Positions 38,968 to 52,361 are shown, counted from the first letter of the stretch. The stretch is 64,000 nucleotides of DNA from Eledone cirrhosa (GCA_964016885.1 OZ024741.1:34720001-34784000); one strand, 5' to 3'. The notes: a model not told the origin generated them from the letters alone. Made by a program: numbers and translations.

Positions 38968-41562
38968 TCATCATCATCATCATCATCAACGTTTAACGTC
39001 CGTGTTCCACGCTTGCATGGGTTTGGACGGGGGTAGTCCCACTTGAGGCAAGAGTGATTGTCTTGCTCGCATAGGACTGTCTGGCAGGTTTTCTACAGTT
39101 GGATGCCCTTCCTAACACCAACCACATTTACAGTGTGGGTCTGGGAGGTTTTTACCGTGTTGCCTACACGGCCACATTACAGCGTGGACTGTGTGTTTTT
39201 TTTTGTCGTGACACCTACACGATCTCATTTGTTTCGGCCTCGATGGCGCGGCACCAACATAACTTTACATAGAACGGGGTGGTGTGGATCGGGTGGGGGT
39301 GGTGGTGGTGGGACGGGGTGTATTTTGTTAGAGATGCCTACTGGCTGGAGTAGGTTTTACTATATATTTAGGTAAGGCGGGTCTTCTCTGTTACTGAGTA
39401 CCGCCAAAGGTCTCGGTCCAGTGACATTGTCTTGGAGAGGTGTAAGTGTGTGATGTCGGAGTTTATCAGCTCGTCCCAGGTTTTTCTAGGTCTGCCTATT
39501 CCGTGACTACCGTCTATCTTTATTGCCCTGCACTTTGTTATACAGCTATCGACTTTCATGCGCATCACGTGTCCATACCAACGTAGCCTTCTCTCGAGTA
39601 AACAACATCTGATCCCTCTTATCTCTAATTTTTTCCTTAGTTCGTTTATGCTTTGCCGTTCACGTATATTACTGTTACACATCCAGCGGAGCATGCAAGC
39701 TTCGTTCCTCTCTAGTCTGCGTATATCCTCTGCACACAATGCCCAGGTCTCACTGCCATGCAGCATTGCTGTTCGTATGCAGGCATCGTACAACCTGCCT
39801 TTCATTTTTAGTGAGAACCCTTTAGCAGCTAATAGTGGTATAAGCTCTCTGAACTTTTTCCAACCAGTTCTGACTCTAGCTACAGTACTTTCAGAGCACC
39901 CTCCCCCACTGCTGATTTTATCGCCCAGGTAACGAAAGCTGTCCACTATTTCTATAGAACCCTCTGCGCAATTGAAAGAGCTAGTAGTTTGTGGGCACTT
40001 GCTGCTACTTATTGCACCAGAGCACCGGCCACATGTAAAATCTATGTTCTTAGTTAGCTTACCTGTGATCCCACTACATCTTTTATGCACCCATACTTTG
40101 CATTTAGGACATAAAATGGAGTTTCTACCTACGCCTTTCCTACACACCGAGCACAACCATTTCCCAGAAGGGACCGCCGCCTTGTTTTCTTTCCTACAAA
40201 CTAGTACTTTGGTCTTAGCCAGGTTAATTTTAAGTCCTTTTGACTCTAGGCCGTGCTTCCATGTTTGGAATTTCTTCTCTAGCTCGGCCATTGATTCCGC
40301 TATGAGTGTCAGGTCGTCTGCGTATAGGAGTTCCCATGGGCAGCCTGTCTTGAACTCCTCTGTTATAGCCTGAAGGGCAATAATAAATAGTAGTGGGCTG
40401 AGAACAGAGCCCTGATGGACGCCAACTTTTACGCTAAACTCTTCACTATATTCGTTGTTAATTCTAACCTTGCTGACTGTTTCTTTATACATGGCTTGTA
40501 TAGCCCTCACAAGCCATTCGTCAACGCCTAGTTTTCTAAGAGCCCACCAGATAATGGAGCGGGGGACTCTGTCGAAGGCTTTCTCCAAGTCGACAAAAGC
40601 TAAGTAGAGGGGTTTACCTTTAGCTAGGTACTTCTCCTGTAGTTGTCGTACTATGAAAAGAGCGTCTGTGGTACTTTTGCCTGACACAAACCCGAACTGC
40701 ATTTCATCTAGGTCAATTCTCTCTCTGATTAGTTGCGCTATTACTTTTTCCGTGACCTTCATGACCTGGTCGATTAATTTAATGCCTCTATAGTTACTCC
40801 TATCTAGGGCGTCTCCTTTACCCTTATAACAGTTAACGATGATGCTGCTATGCCAGTCCTTCGGAACAACCCCATTCTGTACGACTTGGTTAACTATGCG
40901 GGTGACCATGGTGTGTCCCACCGTGCCAGATGCCTTCAGCATCTCAGCAACTATTTCCGAAGGCCCAGCCGCCTTACCCGTCTTCATATCCTTGATTGCC
41001 TTACTTATTATACTCCCCTCGACTAACACTGCTGGTCCCTCTATTGGGTCGATATGGGGGAGACTGCCTTTCTCCCAATTATTCTCCTCATTTAGTAGCC
41101 TTTCATAGTGACACTTCCAAGCTACCTTCTTATCAGCGTCGGTGATGGCAAGTGTGCCATCGTCGTTTAGTACACACTTCTCCCCGACAATATCACGGTT
41201 TTCCTTGACGCATTGCCTAGCAATCCTGAACACCTCACGTTTTTGGTCATCGCGTTGTAGAACATGCTTGAACTTTCTTTCCTCAGCTTCCCTTCTTGCT
41301 AAGTACACTTGTCTCCTAGCTTCCCTCCTGGCCACTTGATAGTCCTCTCTACTTCCCCCATCCCGCCATACTTTCCAAGCCTGCTTTTTGGCCTTAATTG
41401 ACTCCTCCACCTTACTGTTCCACCACCATGTTACTCTCCTCCTGCCTACAGGCCTGCTCCAGCCACAGACCTCGTCTGTCGCCAACAGCAGCTTTGCTTT
41501 CAGAAATTCCCACTCTCCCTCTATATTGTCCGACTCTAAATGTTCTTCCTTACTGTCGAAAG

Positions 41563-41563
<1 letters not shown>
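38968..41563 (-). mobile_element. Young 5'-truncated RTE LINE
   Basis: (ATG)n tail, 3' UTR and an uninterrupted ORF. The 5' end is truncated at a (TA)n tract. Confidence 0.93.
39368..41563 (-). CDS. RTE reverse transcriptase ORF (no start codon or APE domain) with an internal PHD-type zinc finger
   Basis: About 730 stop-free codons with NYRGIKL, QFGF, FVDLEKAFD, GVHQGSVLSP, YADD and FRYLG. C4HC3 finger at ~40022-40153. Confidence 0.85.
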
Positions 41564-41600
<37 letters not shown>

Positions 41601-42279
41601 TCGCGTGCGTGCGTGTGATTAGATGTACATGTATGTGTATATATATATATGTGCTTCGTGTGTATGTATGCGCGCTTTTGTATGTATGTACGCATGTATG
41701 TGATTTTGTCTGTACGTATTTATATATATATATGTGTGTACGAACCTCTGTATGTTTTCTATTTTTTCTAGTGTTACTTTATAATTGATAACCCCTCCCT
41801 CTTACTTTCTCTTTGATTTAATTTTTTTATTCTCATATATTTTTTCATTTTTTCATTTTCATATTTTATTTTTTTATATATGTATCAACCTTCAGCCTGA
41901 TACTGCTTTGACTGATACACTCCCTTCCCTGTATATATCATATGCATGTATGTGGTTGCGCGTGTGTGTGTGTTTAGACGCGTGCTTTCATACTTGTATG
42001 TGTATATATTTCAATCGTTAGTCCCTGAGTCTGTATTTACGCTAACTCTATTATCTTACAATTTCTTTTTTCAACATATATTATATACATATTTGTGGTC
42101 ACACATACACTGATATGCTTGCCCTCATGTATGTACTTACGTACACATTTTTTCACTATACACATGCATTTGTACATACACACATATGTACATTTGTAGG
42201 TGCATATACACACATTTATACACATACCCTTACTATATTTCCTTCTTTTATTTTTATATATCTCTTGCATTACTTTTAT

Positions 42280-42317
<38 letters not shown>

Positions 42318-42377
42318 GCCCGTTAAACTTTTGCCTTTCTTGAGGAGATTTTTTCAAATATTTCACTATGTTTTAAA

Positions 42378-42451
42378 TTGCCTTGTCTGACGAATGAATG
42401 AGGACGTTTCTTGTATTTGTCTTATTCGGGAAACCTCTGGTAATGAGGTAA
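42378..42451 (+). ncRNA. Type I hammerhead ribozyme in the PLE 3' pseudo-LTR (sense to YJU2B)
   Basis: ttgccttgt-CTGACGA-stem II-GAAA-cc(tct)gg-TA-atgaggtaa, GUA triplet. The inverted twin at 36266-36339 has GUG. Confidence 0.75.
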
Positions 42452-42569
42452 TTATATTGTATTGTTTATTATACATTAAATTTAGCTCTGTAACTTACAT
42501 AGAGCACTCTGACTTCTCAATTTTCAACGGAAACTTCAATACTTATTTATATATATATAATAATAATAA

Positions 42570-43003
42570 TAATTGTTTCTACTTTAGGCACAAGGCCAGC
42601 ATTTGAAGGGGAGAGGAAAGTCAATTAAATCGCCCCCAGTGCATTACTGGTGCTTTATTTATCGACTCCCGTAAGGATGAAAGGTAAAACTATCCTCAGC
42701 AGGATTTGAACTCAGAACGTAAAGGGCCGTAACTCTATGCTGCAAAGCATGGTGTCCAATGCTCTACCGATATTGCCTATCCACCGCCCTATAATAATAA
42801 TAGTAATAATAATTGTTTCTACTTTTGGCACAAGGCCAGCAATTATCCCTGTGTATTACTGGTACTTTATATTATTGACCCCGTAAGGATGAAAGGCAAA
42901 GTTAACCTCAGCGGGATTTGAACTCAGATCATAAAGGGCCGTAACTCTTTGCTGCAAAGCATGGCGTCCGACCCTCTACCGATACTGCCAATCCACCGCC
43001 CTT
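42570..43003 (-). mobile_element. Two tandem SINE family A copies
   Basis: 42570-42790 and 42810-43003, separated and flanked by (AAT)n. Confidence 0.88.
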
Positions 43004-43305
43004 ATAATAATAGTAATAATAATAATATGTGGTACAGTAGATTCGTTATTTACTGAGGAGAGTACCAAAATCAGCACTCAATGCTAGGGCAGAGTGTATA
43101 TATTGAAAACAAAGCAAGATGAGAATTTGGTTTTGCTTGATTAACAAGTGTGATGAGCAGATTGGTTGGACTCGGGTCTATGGCATTGATATAGAAACAG
43201 TTGTAACCGTGTATAATCAATAAAGACCTTAATGTGAAACCTCGCTTTGTTATCAATATATATATATATATAAAATGAATACAAATAACCAGGAATAAAT
43301 TAGTT

Positions 43306-43380
43306 AATTGAATTACAAACGTTTCTATCAATACAGTAAGAAAATACATTTCTTCTATACTGATTTCATCAGAATCTATT
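43306..43380 (-). ncRNA. Hammerhead ribozyme motif with decayed stem I
   Basis: Minus strand: CTGATGA, long well-paired stem II (atcagtatag/ctgtattgat), GAAA-c(gttt)g-TA. Confidence 0.6.
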
Positions 43381-43793
43381 AAAAAACAGATAAAATTATT
43401 ATTTACCAACTACATGTCCGAACATTTACATTCAGAAAACAAACAAATTTAAAGTAGAGTTGGGAAAACGTTAAAACTTTATGAAAGACTAGAAACACAA
43501 TTAAGATTTATTAGTAATAAAGATATAATGTGCAGTGACTAAAAATTACTTTGCTTGACTTTTACACTCTAATCATTCTGTGATATTCTGAAACAACTGT
43601 GATTGGACAATGGAGTGTAAAAGTCAAGCAAAGTAATTTTTAATATTGTATTTTAATTCCAAAAACTGCAGTTGGGGAACTTATATGAGTGAAAATGACT
43701 TATTTTAGTTTGTCTAGCTTATATTCCCCCAATCATGATTTTGGCTTTAGTTAAATATGTATAGATATATCACCATCATCATTATATATATAT

Positions 43794-44717
<924 letters not shown>

Positions 44718-44913
44718 TACCCTATATATATACTACCCTAAGTATTGAGTACTTTGGTGCGTTATGGTCCATCTAGTTCCTTACCACATTTCCTTCGTTA
44801 TATATATATATATACGCACACACACACAGATGCACATGCATCCACTTCCAACACTACCTCTTTCTGCCCATGGGAGTGCAACAATCACTTTATAATTATC
44901 ATAATTTTAATTA

Positions 44914-44944
<31 letters not shown>

Positions 44945-44946
<2 letters not shown>

Positions 44947-45357
44947 GCTTTGCGGCTCTTTACATTCTGAGTTCAAATCCCACCAAGGTTAACTTTACCT
45001 TTCATCCTTATGGAGTTAATAAAATAAAGCACCAGTAACGTACTGGGGTCAATTTAATTTACTTTTCTGCCCCTAAAAATTGTTGGCCTTGTGCTTAAAT
45101 CAGAAACCATTATAATTATTATTATTATCATTATTAAGGGTGATAGATTGGCAGTGTCAGTAGAGCGTCGGACAATATGCTTTATGGCATAGAGTTACGC
45201 CCCTTTACGATCTGAGTTCAAATCGTGCTGAGGTTAACTTTGCCTTTCATCCTTACGGGGTCGATAAGATAAAGTACCAGTGATGCACTGGGGTCGATTT
45301 AATTGACTTTCCCCTCCCCCAAAAATTGCTGGCCTTGTGCCTAAATCAGAAGCCGTT
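44945..45357 (+). mobile_element. Two SINE family A copies (partial and full)
   Basis: B-box GAGTTCAAATC, core and tail. Confidence 0.82.
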
Positions 45358-45413
45358 ATTATTGTTATATTGTTTTTTGCTAATTAAAAGTAATTAAATT
45401 TCCGTTTTTATAG

Positions 45414-45498
45414 AATCATGATTACGTAATATTAAGTGGAGCAAGACGTAAGGAACAGAGGTGGGATCCAAAGGAAAATGAGCAGATTGTTCCTGAGG
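45414..45498 (+). CDS. YJU2B: YJU2B/CCDC130 coding exon 4
   Basis: TAG|NHDYVILSGARRKEQRWDPKENEQIVPE|GTAAGT, phase 0 to 1. Confidence 0.93.
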
Positions 45499-47567
45499 GT
45501 AAGTTTATCTGAAATATTTCATCATTGGCAGGAACTGTAGACTGCCAGACTTCGCAATATTTAGGTATAACCATTTATATTCATGTCAGGTTGTTGTTCT
45601 ACACCTGTAAGGTAGGTAGCGCTGGTGCCATGAAAAATGTTTCATACATACTGTAAAGTGGTTGGCATTAGGAAGGACATCCAGCTGTTGAAACCAAACC
45701 AGAAGTGGAATGCATGAGCAAGACATGGTAATCTGACCTGTCTTGCCTCAATACATGACAACCCATTAAACCCTTGCAAAGATGGAAAATAAACATTAAA
45801 CAGTGATAAGGATGATGATGATGGCCTGTAGCCCTGAGATTGAGGTGCTAGGCTCATGACTGGAAAATCATGGATTCAATTCCAGCTCTAGGCAGTGTAT
45901 TGTGTCCTTCAGCAAGGCAGCTCATTTCACATTGCTACAGTTTGCTCAGTTGAATCAAATGTGTGCCAGCCACAGCAACTGGTGAATAGCTTTGCAATGG
46001 ACTGGCATCCCATCCAGAGGATTGGTGATTTTATACTCCCAGTCACTTTATATGAAATAAAGATAAGCTCTGTCCTCATACACTTCTATGTTCAAGAAAG
46101 ACCATAATTTACATTCACAGTTCAAATCTTGCTGGGGTCAATTTTACTTTTACTCACTTCTTTTTCAACCTTTTTGATACCAAACTGCCTGAAACCACCC
46201 CTTCCTTCTACAATACTAAATTGTTTCTTTTAAAGTGTTTATATTTATTTAAAACCTTTCTATCATAATTCTATGCAAAAAAACCCTTTGTTATATTATA
46301 TCCTAAACACTAACTCTTCCGCTGTGTTGTTGTTGTTGTTCTAACACCATTAAGTACCTTGATAATTTGAATGTACTACCCTGAAAAAAAGGTACACTTT
46401 TTTATCTCAACCCCCTCTTACCATACGGTGTACACAAAGGTACCAAACTCCCACTGTCGCTGCCTCCATCTCTCTTGCTCTCCCCATCTCTCACTAACTT
46501 AATAAAAAATGAAGCTAGTTTTATTACTAAATCCCTCCAACTTCTTGATTATTTTCAAAATTATTTGAAAACCATAGGCAGTACCTTTTATTAGAAGTAT
46601 CATAACTAAAGGGTTAAATTTTTGTATGGCTTGGGTTTGGTGAAAGGAAGAAAGGCAATGTCATTGACCTCTAGGTTTGATAGGAAGGAAGACACCAGGG
46701 CAAATAGTTTGCTACTATAGGAAGCAGCGTATTGGATTATCTAGATATCTGCAAACCAGAGATCTGGTTTGAATATGTTCCTTTAACAGTACAACAAACC
46801 CATACAAGCATTTTAAGGCTAACTTTTCTGCTAAAACATAGGTTAACCTTGCATATCCTATGACAGGCTTCATGCTCATCATGGTGTCTTTTTTGAGATA
46901 ATGTTTTATGGCCTGATGCCCTTCTTGGCACCAACCCTTTTAGTTGCCTCTTACAACAAGCAAGGATATGGTGTACCTATTCTAAACATACCAAAGGAAT
47001 TTTAAAACATCTCAAGTCTGAAGTCTGTCATAAGCCAGAAGGCTCATTAAGCTGGTGCTTATCCCAGTTTGTGGTATGAAGGGACTGAGAGTACAAGACT
47101 ACTCCTGGACAGGACACCAGTCCATCACAGGATTAAACCCCCAGCTATTGTTGCTAAACAGGAAATGTTAAAGTAAATATAAAGAATTGAAATAATCTTT
47201 TAAAATAGCATATTTTGGAGGTTTCTTGATGTGAAATCATGTGATGAAATATATTGTTTCATTGTTGTCTATAAAAAACATACACCAGTTAGTTTCACTT
47301 TGGTTTTATTATTGGTTGGGTAACTAATCCACAGAAAGACATGAGGGAATTACCAGAACAAAAGAGGTGTCATAGAGGGCCAAAATAGTCATTGAGAGGT
47401 CACAGACTGTGTGACAAAAGAGGTTTGACAATTAAATAACCATCCAGTTATTAAACCAACCAATGATGGATTAGTTACGTGAATTAAAATAAAAACTAAA
47501 GTGATGGTGCATGGGTTTTTTAGGTACCATGACCCTCCCAAAGAATTTAACACAGTATTATGATTAA

Positions 47568-47772
47568 CCCTTTAGCATTTAAACCGGCTGTATCCAGCCA
47601 GAATTCTCTCATCTCTTTCTGTTCAAACTGGCCATAACTGGCCAATCATACCAATGTTATGGTATTGTTCTCAAAATAAATAACATCAAAATCTTGTAGA
47701 TTTGATATGTGAGATAAAGCCTTTACTATGAAAGTACAATAGTATATATAGAGTAACGTACATACTAAAGGG
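47568..47772. mobile_element. piggyBac-type MITE
   Basis: TTAA|CCCTTTAG ... CTAAAGGG|TTAA. Decayed relatives at ~16825-17075 and ~46168-46613. Confidence 0.7.
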
Positions 47773-47825
47773 TTAATGATAATCAGATATGGTAAGAATG
47801 TTTTCTAATTACAATGTTATTACAG

Positions 47826-47998
47826 ACAAAAACACTCAGAAGAAGCTAGTGAAAGATGCCATGTATAAACTGGAGCATGGCTCTGATGATAAACAAAAGT
47901 TAGTAACTGGCCTTCCTAGTTTGGCAGAACTGGAAGAAAAACAGGAAGTATATAGAGATGATTTCATACTGAATTCTTTGGCTCGCAGCAAGTTTAGA
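47826..47998 (+). CDS. YJU2B: YJU2B/CCDC130 coding exon 5
   Basis: KNTQKKLVKDAMYKLEHGSDD...DDFILNSLARSKFR|GTAAGT. Confidence 0.94.
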
Positions 47999-48019
47999 GT
48001 AAGTACCATTGCTTTGGTT

Positions 48020-48700
48020 CTCTCTCTCAACCTATCTCACAACCTCTCTCTCTCTCTCACAACCTATCTCACAACCTCTCTTTCTCTCTTCCTCTCTCAA
48101 CCTATCTCACAACCTCTCTCTCTCTCACACAACCTATCTCACAACCTCCCTCTCTCTCTTCCTCTCTCAACCTATCTCACAACCTCTCTCTCTCTCTCTC
48201 TCTCACACACACAACCTGCCTCTCTCTCTCCTCTCTCTTTCTCTCTCTCTCTCTGTCCCCCTCTCTCTTTCTCAACCTATCTCACAACCTCTCTCTCAAT
48301 TTACCTCACTCTCTACTTATCTCAGTTTCTTATTCAACCTCTCTACTTACCTCACTCACATCCAACCTCTCTCTCTCTCAACCTATCTCTCTCTCTCAAC
48401 ATACCTCACTCAACTCTCTCTCATTCTCAGTCTTTCATTCAACCTCTATACTTACCTCACTCTCTCATTCAACCTCTCTCTATTTGCCCCACTCAACCTC
48501 TCTTTTTCTCTATTTATTTCAGTATCTCATTCAATCTCTCTCTATTTACCTCATTCATCCTCTCCCTCTCTAGTTACCTCACTCTCTCACTCACCTCTCC
48601 CTCTCTAGTTACCTCACTCTCTCACTCAACCTTTCCCCCTCTAGTTACCTCATTCTCTCACTTACCTCTCCCCCTCTAGTTACCTCACTCTTTCACTCTC
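48020..48700. repeat. CT-rich minisatellite filling intron 5
   Basis: Units CTCAACCTATCTCACAACCT(CT)n grading into CTCTAGTTACCTCACT. Confidence 0.85.
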
Positions 48701-48740
48701 TCTCTCACACTCACATTTTATCTCCACTTCTGTATTTTAG

Positions 48741-48879
48741 GAACACAAGAAATCTGAGCAAGCTACTCTTGAAGCTGACCAAGAGATCCAGAAACGAACA
48801 TCATTATCCATTCCCCTTCTTAAAGAACATGAAGATGATATTCGGTTGGCCAGTTTGTTACACTATGAAACCACAAAAG
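48741..48879 (+). CDS. YJU2B: YJU2B/CCDC130 coding exon 6
   Basis: TAG|EHKKSEQATLEADQEIQKRTSLSIPLLKEHEDDIRLASLLHYETTK|GT. Matches the family motif SLxIPL..E.EDD..LA.LL. Confidence 0.92.
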
Positions 48880-49690
48880 GTTAAAATATTTATCTCATTA
48901 CATTCTTTTTACTTTTTCTCACAACTTAGTTCAAATTTTAAATGATGATTACAAGCTACTAACATGTAGGTACAGGCATAATTGTGTTAAGAAGTTTAAC
49001 CTCACCGTGATGTGGTTTGAGGTTCCATCTCACTCTATGGCATTTTCGGCAAATGTCTTCTACTATAGACTTGGGGTACCACCCAGTTCCACACTGTAAA
49101 TGTGGTCGGTGTTAAGAAAGACTTCTAGCAGCCCTAAAAATCCTGCCAAAAGGTGGTCCTGTTATAAGCAAGGTATGGCGTGGCCAACTGGCCAGACTTG
49201 TCTCATAATGAGACCACCACATCATTGAAATCAGATGGATGTCCTGCATGAGGTTGATCTTCAAGGCTGTAATCACCAGAACAGAAGCATATGAACCAGT
49301 CCCTGGCACTACATTCAGACATGGTGTGTGGCCCTAATACATTGTTAATGTGACGACATATATATTGGAAGGACCCCTCAGTTATGTTAAGGGTATGACA
49401 GCCTCCCTAGTGTTGGTGATCTACATGATAAATGCATCCATTATACACTGTAAAGCGGTTGCTGATAGGAAAGGCGTCCAATCGTAGAATGCTTGCCAAA
49501 CAAAGGGCTGAAAGGACCTGCAATTGTGTCAAAGACATAACAACCTCTCCTGTGCACTTGATAGAATGTGAGATTGTACATAAGTACTTTGACAGATCCC
49601 TGTCTTGTCTGGGAGATCCCTGCTTCAGTACTGACTTGGTCTATGTAGACCTGTCCAATCCTTGCTAGCAGGACATTAAAATGACGATGA

Positions 49691-49782
<92 letters not shown>

Positions 49783-49827
49783 ATATGTATTAAGACAAAT
49801 TTGTTTTGCTTTAATTATTCTTTCCAG

Positions 49828-50252
49828 ATTCTGATGTGTATCAAAAAGAGAAAAGAAGTCAGATCTCCTCTGCTCTGTCAAGTTGTGACAAACTCTCATC
49901 TCATTTGTTGACCCCTACTGACGATAAGAAATTAGACGTTGCCAAAAGGTGCATTGCTGAAACCCTACTTAAAAGTAAAAAGAGTGTTTTTGACGATCTG
50001 CCCTTGTCATCAAATACCAAGTCACCATCATCCACAATTAGCATACTTTCACCTGCTTCTATTTCAACAAAGAGTAAGATTCTGGGAGTTAAGCTACCAA
50101 AAGGGACAGAAAAAAATTGCAAAGAACAAATTGTTAGCTCTGCGATTCCTGAGCCAAAGTCAAGTTCTCTAAAAGCTGTGTCTTCAGGCCTGGATTATTT
50201 GCAAGCTTATTCTGATAGCAGTGATGAAGAATCAAGTAATGATACTGACTGA
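49828..50252 (+). CDS. YJU2B: YJU2B/CCDC130 last coding exon
   Basis: CAG acceptor in the required phase, Ser-rich tail ending LQAYSDSSDEESSNDTD*. The spliced CDS totals 1134 nt (377 aa). Confidence 0.88.
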
Positions 50253-50886
50253 TAGGACTTTAATTCTTTCTAAGCTTTCTGTGATTTGGACTGATATGAA
50301 AAAAAAGCACACAACTATATGTTTAGAGAATGTAGAAATTGCCGAACACAGAAATAACTGTGAGCACAGTTGATTGCTATAAATCGCTCACTCTGATCGA
50401 TTAACAAGATCCCAGACCTCATCCGCTTGCTGAGTGAGGTGGACCTTGTCAAATCAGACCAAGGAAACTTTTCGTTTCCATTGGTCTTTCTATTGCTGAT
50501 ACTATCTACTGGTTGCAACTCCTGGCAGAAAGAGCAATGTGGAATAAAGTGTCTTTTTCAAGGACACAACACATCATCTGGTCCGAGAATTGAACTCACA
50601 ACCTCACATAAATAATAGCTTAGAAAACCGGATTAAATTCTATAAACAGAAAGAATGGCCAGCAACTACTACAAAAAATCAAACTCTGTACCTCTGTAGT
50701 GGCTGCTGGCTACTTTTTCTATCTATAAGAGTATTTTACCCAATTTTCTAAGCTATTGTTTATAGCAGTCAACCATGTTTACAGATATTTCCTGCATTTG
50801 AGAATTTCTACATTTTCTAAGCATTTCTACTTACTCACTTGATGCTCCAATGTTTATTTACAAATATTGATACAACTATATATATA

Positions 50887-52314
50887 CAGGGTGCGGACGA
50901 TATTTGTTCGCAAGATTACTGTCGAGGAAAAAATAACACAGTAGTTTTATTTTTTAAGATTTATTTATCAAACTTGGGTCAGTTTGTCTTCATGACTTGT
51001 TCTTTCGATCTCACTCGATAAACCTGCCATTGGCTTTGATGACGGCCTCAAGGCGACTTGGAACCGGCTACAGGCCTTCGTCACTGTCCCCCGACTTAGG
51101 CCCCTAAAGGCACTTGTGATTCTGGCCTTCAGATCGTCTTTCGTATTGGAGCTAGATCTGTTGGTGTCTCGTTCCACTGCGCCCCACACAAAGAAGTCGA
51201 GGGGGTTGCAGTCAGGCGAGCTGGGAGGCCAGATGTCAGGTGAAGTGTGGTCGACGAAGTTCTCTGACAGCCAGGATTGGGTCTTTCAGCTGGTATGGTA
51301 GGGCGCTGAGTCTTGCTGCCACACATACGGCCTACCTGCAGCTACCTGGTCAATCCAGGGCTTTACTACTTCGCTAAGAACGTGGATGTAGCCATCGGTG
51401 TTCAGCTTGAGGCCCTCAGAGAAGAAGTGAGGTGGCATGACGACACCTAAGACCAATGTTGTTGCTGGAAACTTTGTCTGCATGACTCTGGGCACGTCTT
51501 TGGATGAGACAGCGAGCCACCTGTTGTTCTGAGAGTTGATCTTCTGGTCTTGGCAGAAGTTTTTCTCATCGGAGAAAAACCACAGCATGTCTGGCTCCAG
51601 TGGGTGTTTCAACTTGTTGATCAGCTTCTTTGCATGCTTCAGTCGCTTTTCTTGCATCGCCTTTGACAGAAATTGTCCTTTCCTCATCTTGTATAAAATG
51701 TAGCGAATGTCTTCATGTACCACTAGCCTAATGAGCTTTTCATCCACGCCTTTCTCCCTTGCAATGGCACGCATTGACTTGCTAGGTTCATTGTTGATGA
51801 TATCCTGAACTTCAGCGATGAACTCGGACGTTCTGAAGGCATCAGATCATCGATCATGTGTTTTCCTCTCTGATGTTGCTTCGTAGTCGAATCCTGAATC
51901 TTCCAATTCCTTTCTGACCTTTTCCACCATTCTCCTGCTGACGCTGAGAAAGTCTGAAATTTCCTTATTTGTCCACCCAGTGCGGATTCCAAGAAGAACT
52001 GTATCTCTTCCACAAATTTGGAGGTTCAAAATTATTCATAATCAATTATTCTGAAAATAAATAATTGTTTCTACTTTAGGCACAAGGCCAGCAATTACCC
52101 AGTACTGGTACTTTATTTTATTGACCCCGTAAAGATGAAAGGCAAAGTTAACCTCGGCGGGATTTGAACTCAGACTATAAAGGGACGTAACTATGCTAGA
52201 AAGCATGGCGTCTGGAAATATAGTCACTGTTTTTATGAAGACAAGAGTGACAACGGAAGTAAAAAAAAATTGCATAAAATTAGCAGTTGAAAATTGCGAA
52301 CAAATATCGTCCAC

Positions 52315-52320
<6 letters not shown>
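50887..52320 (-). mobile_element. Tc1/mariner transposon, DD37D (maT) family, inactivated, with SINE A inserted at 52063-52213
   Basis: 27-bp TIRs (CAGGGTGCGGACGATATTTGTTCGCAA) in TA context. Motifs WFFSDEK and WQQD-x37-D (WPPSSPDCNPLD), with stops. Confidence 0.9.

Positions 52321-52359
<39 letters not shown>

Positions 52360-52361
<2 letters not shown>

Larger units (their letters stand above)
36241..42478 (+). mobile_element. Naiad-type Penelope-like element (RT thumb plus GIY-YIG at 36430-37310) split by nested insertions
   Basis: RKRKIIWF, KIFNRNCVKISYSC, CSC-x5-CPL-x3-C, IVY..YVG and CALCISEK. 36241-36430 is the inverted copy of the 3' pseudo-LTR at 42285-42478. Confidence 0.85.

Noticed and set aside
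41564-41695. N-terminal extension of the 775-aa RT ORF
   Set aside because: It derives from flanking (TA)n and low-complexity sequence. The element is 5'-truncated at about 41563.
42945-43003. tRNA genes at SINE heads
   Set aside because: A/B boxes are present, but they are fused to the SINE core and tail and I cannot fold a full cloverleaf.
47789-48679. 296-aa ORF as a single-exon protein
   Set aside because: It is YJU2B exon 5 read through a donor site into a stop-poor minisatellite.
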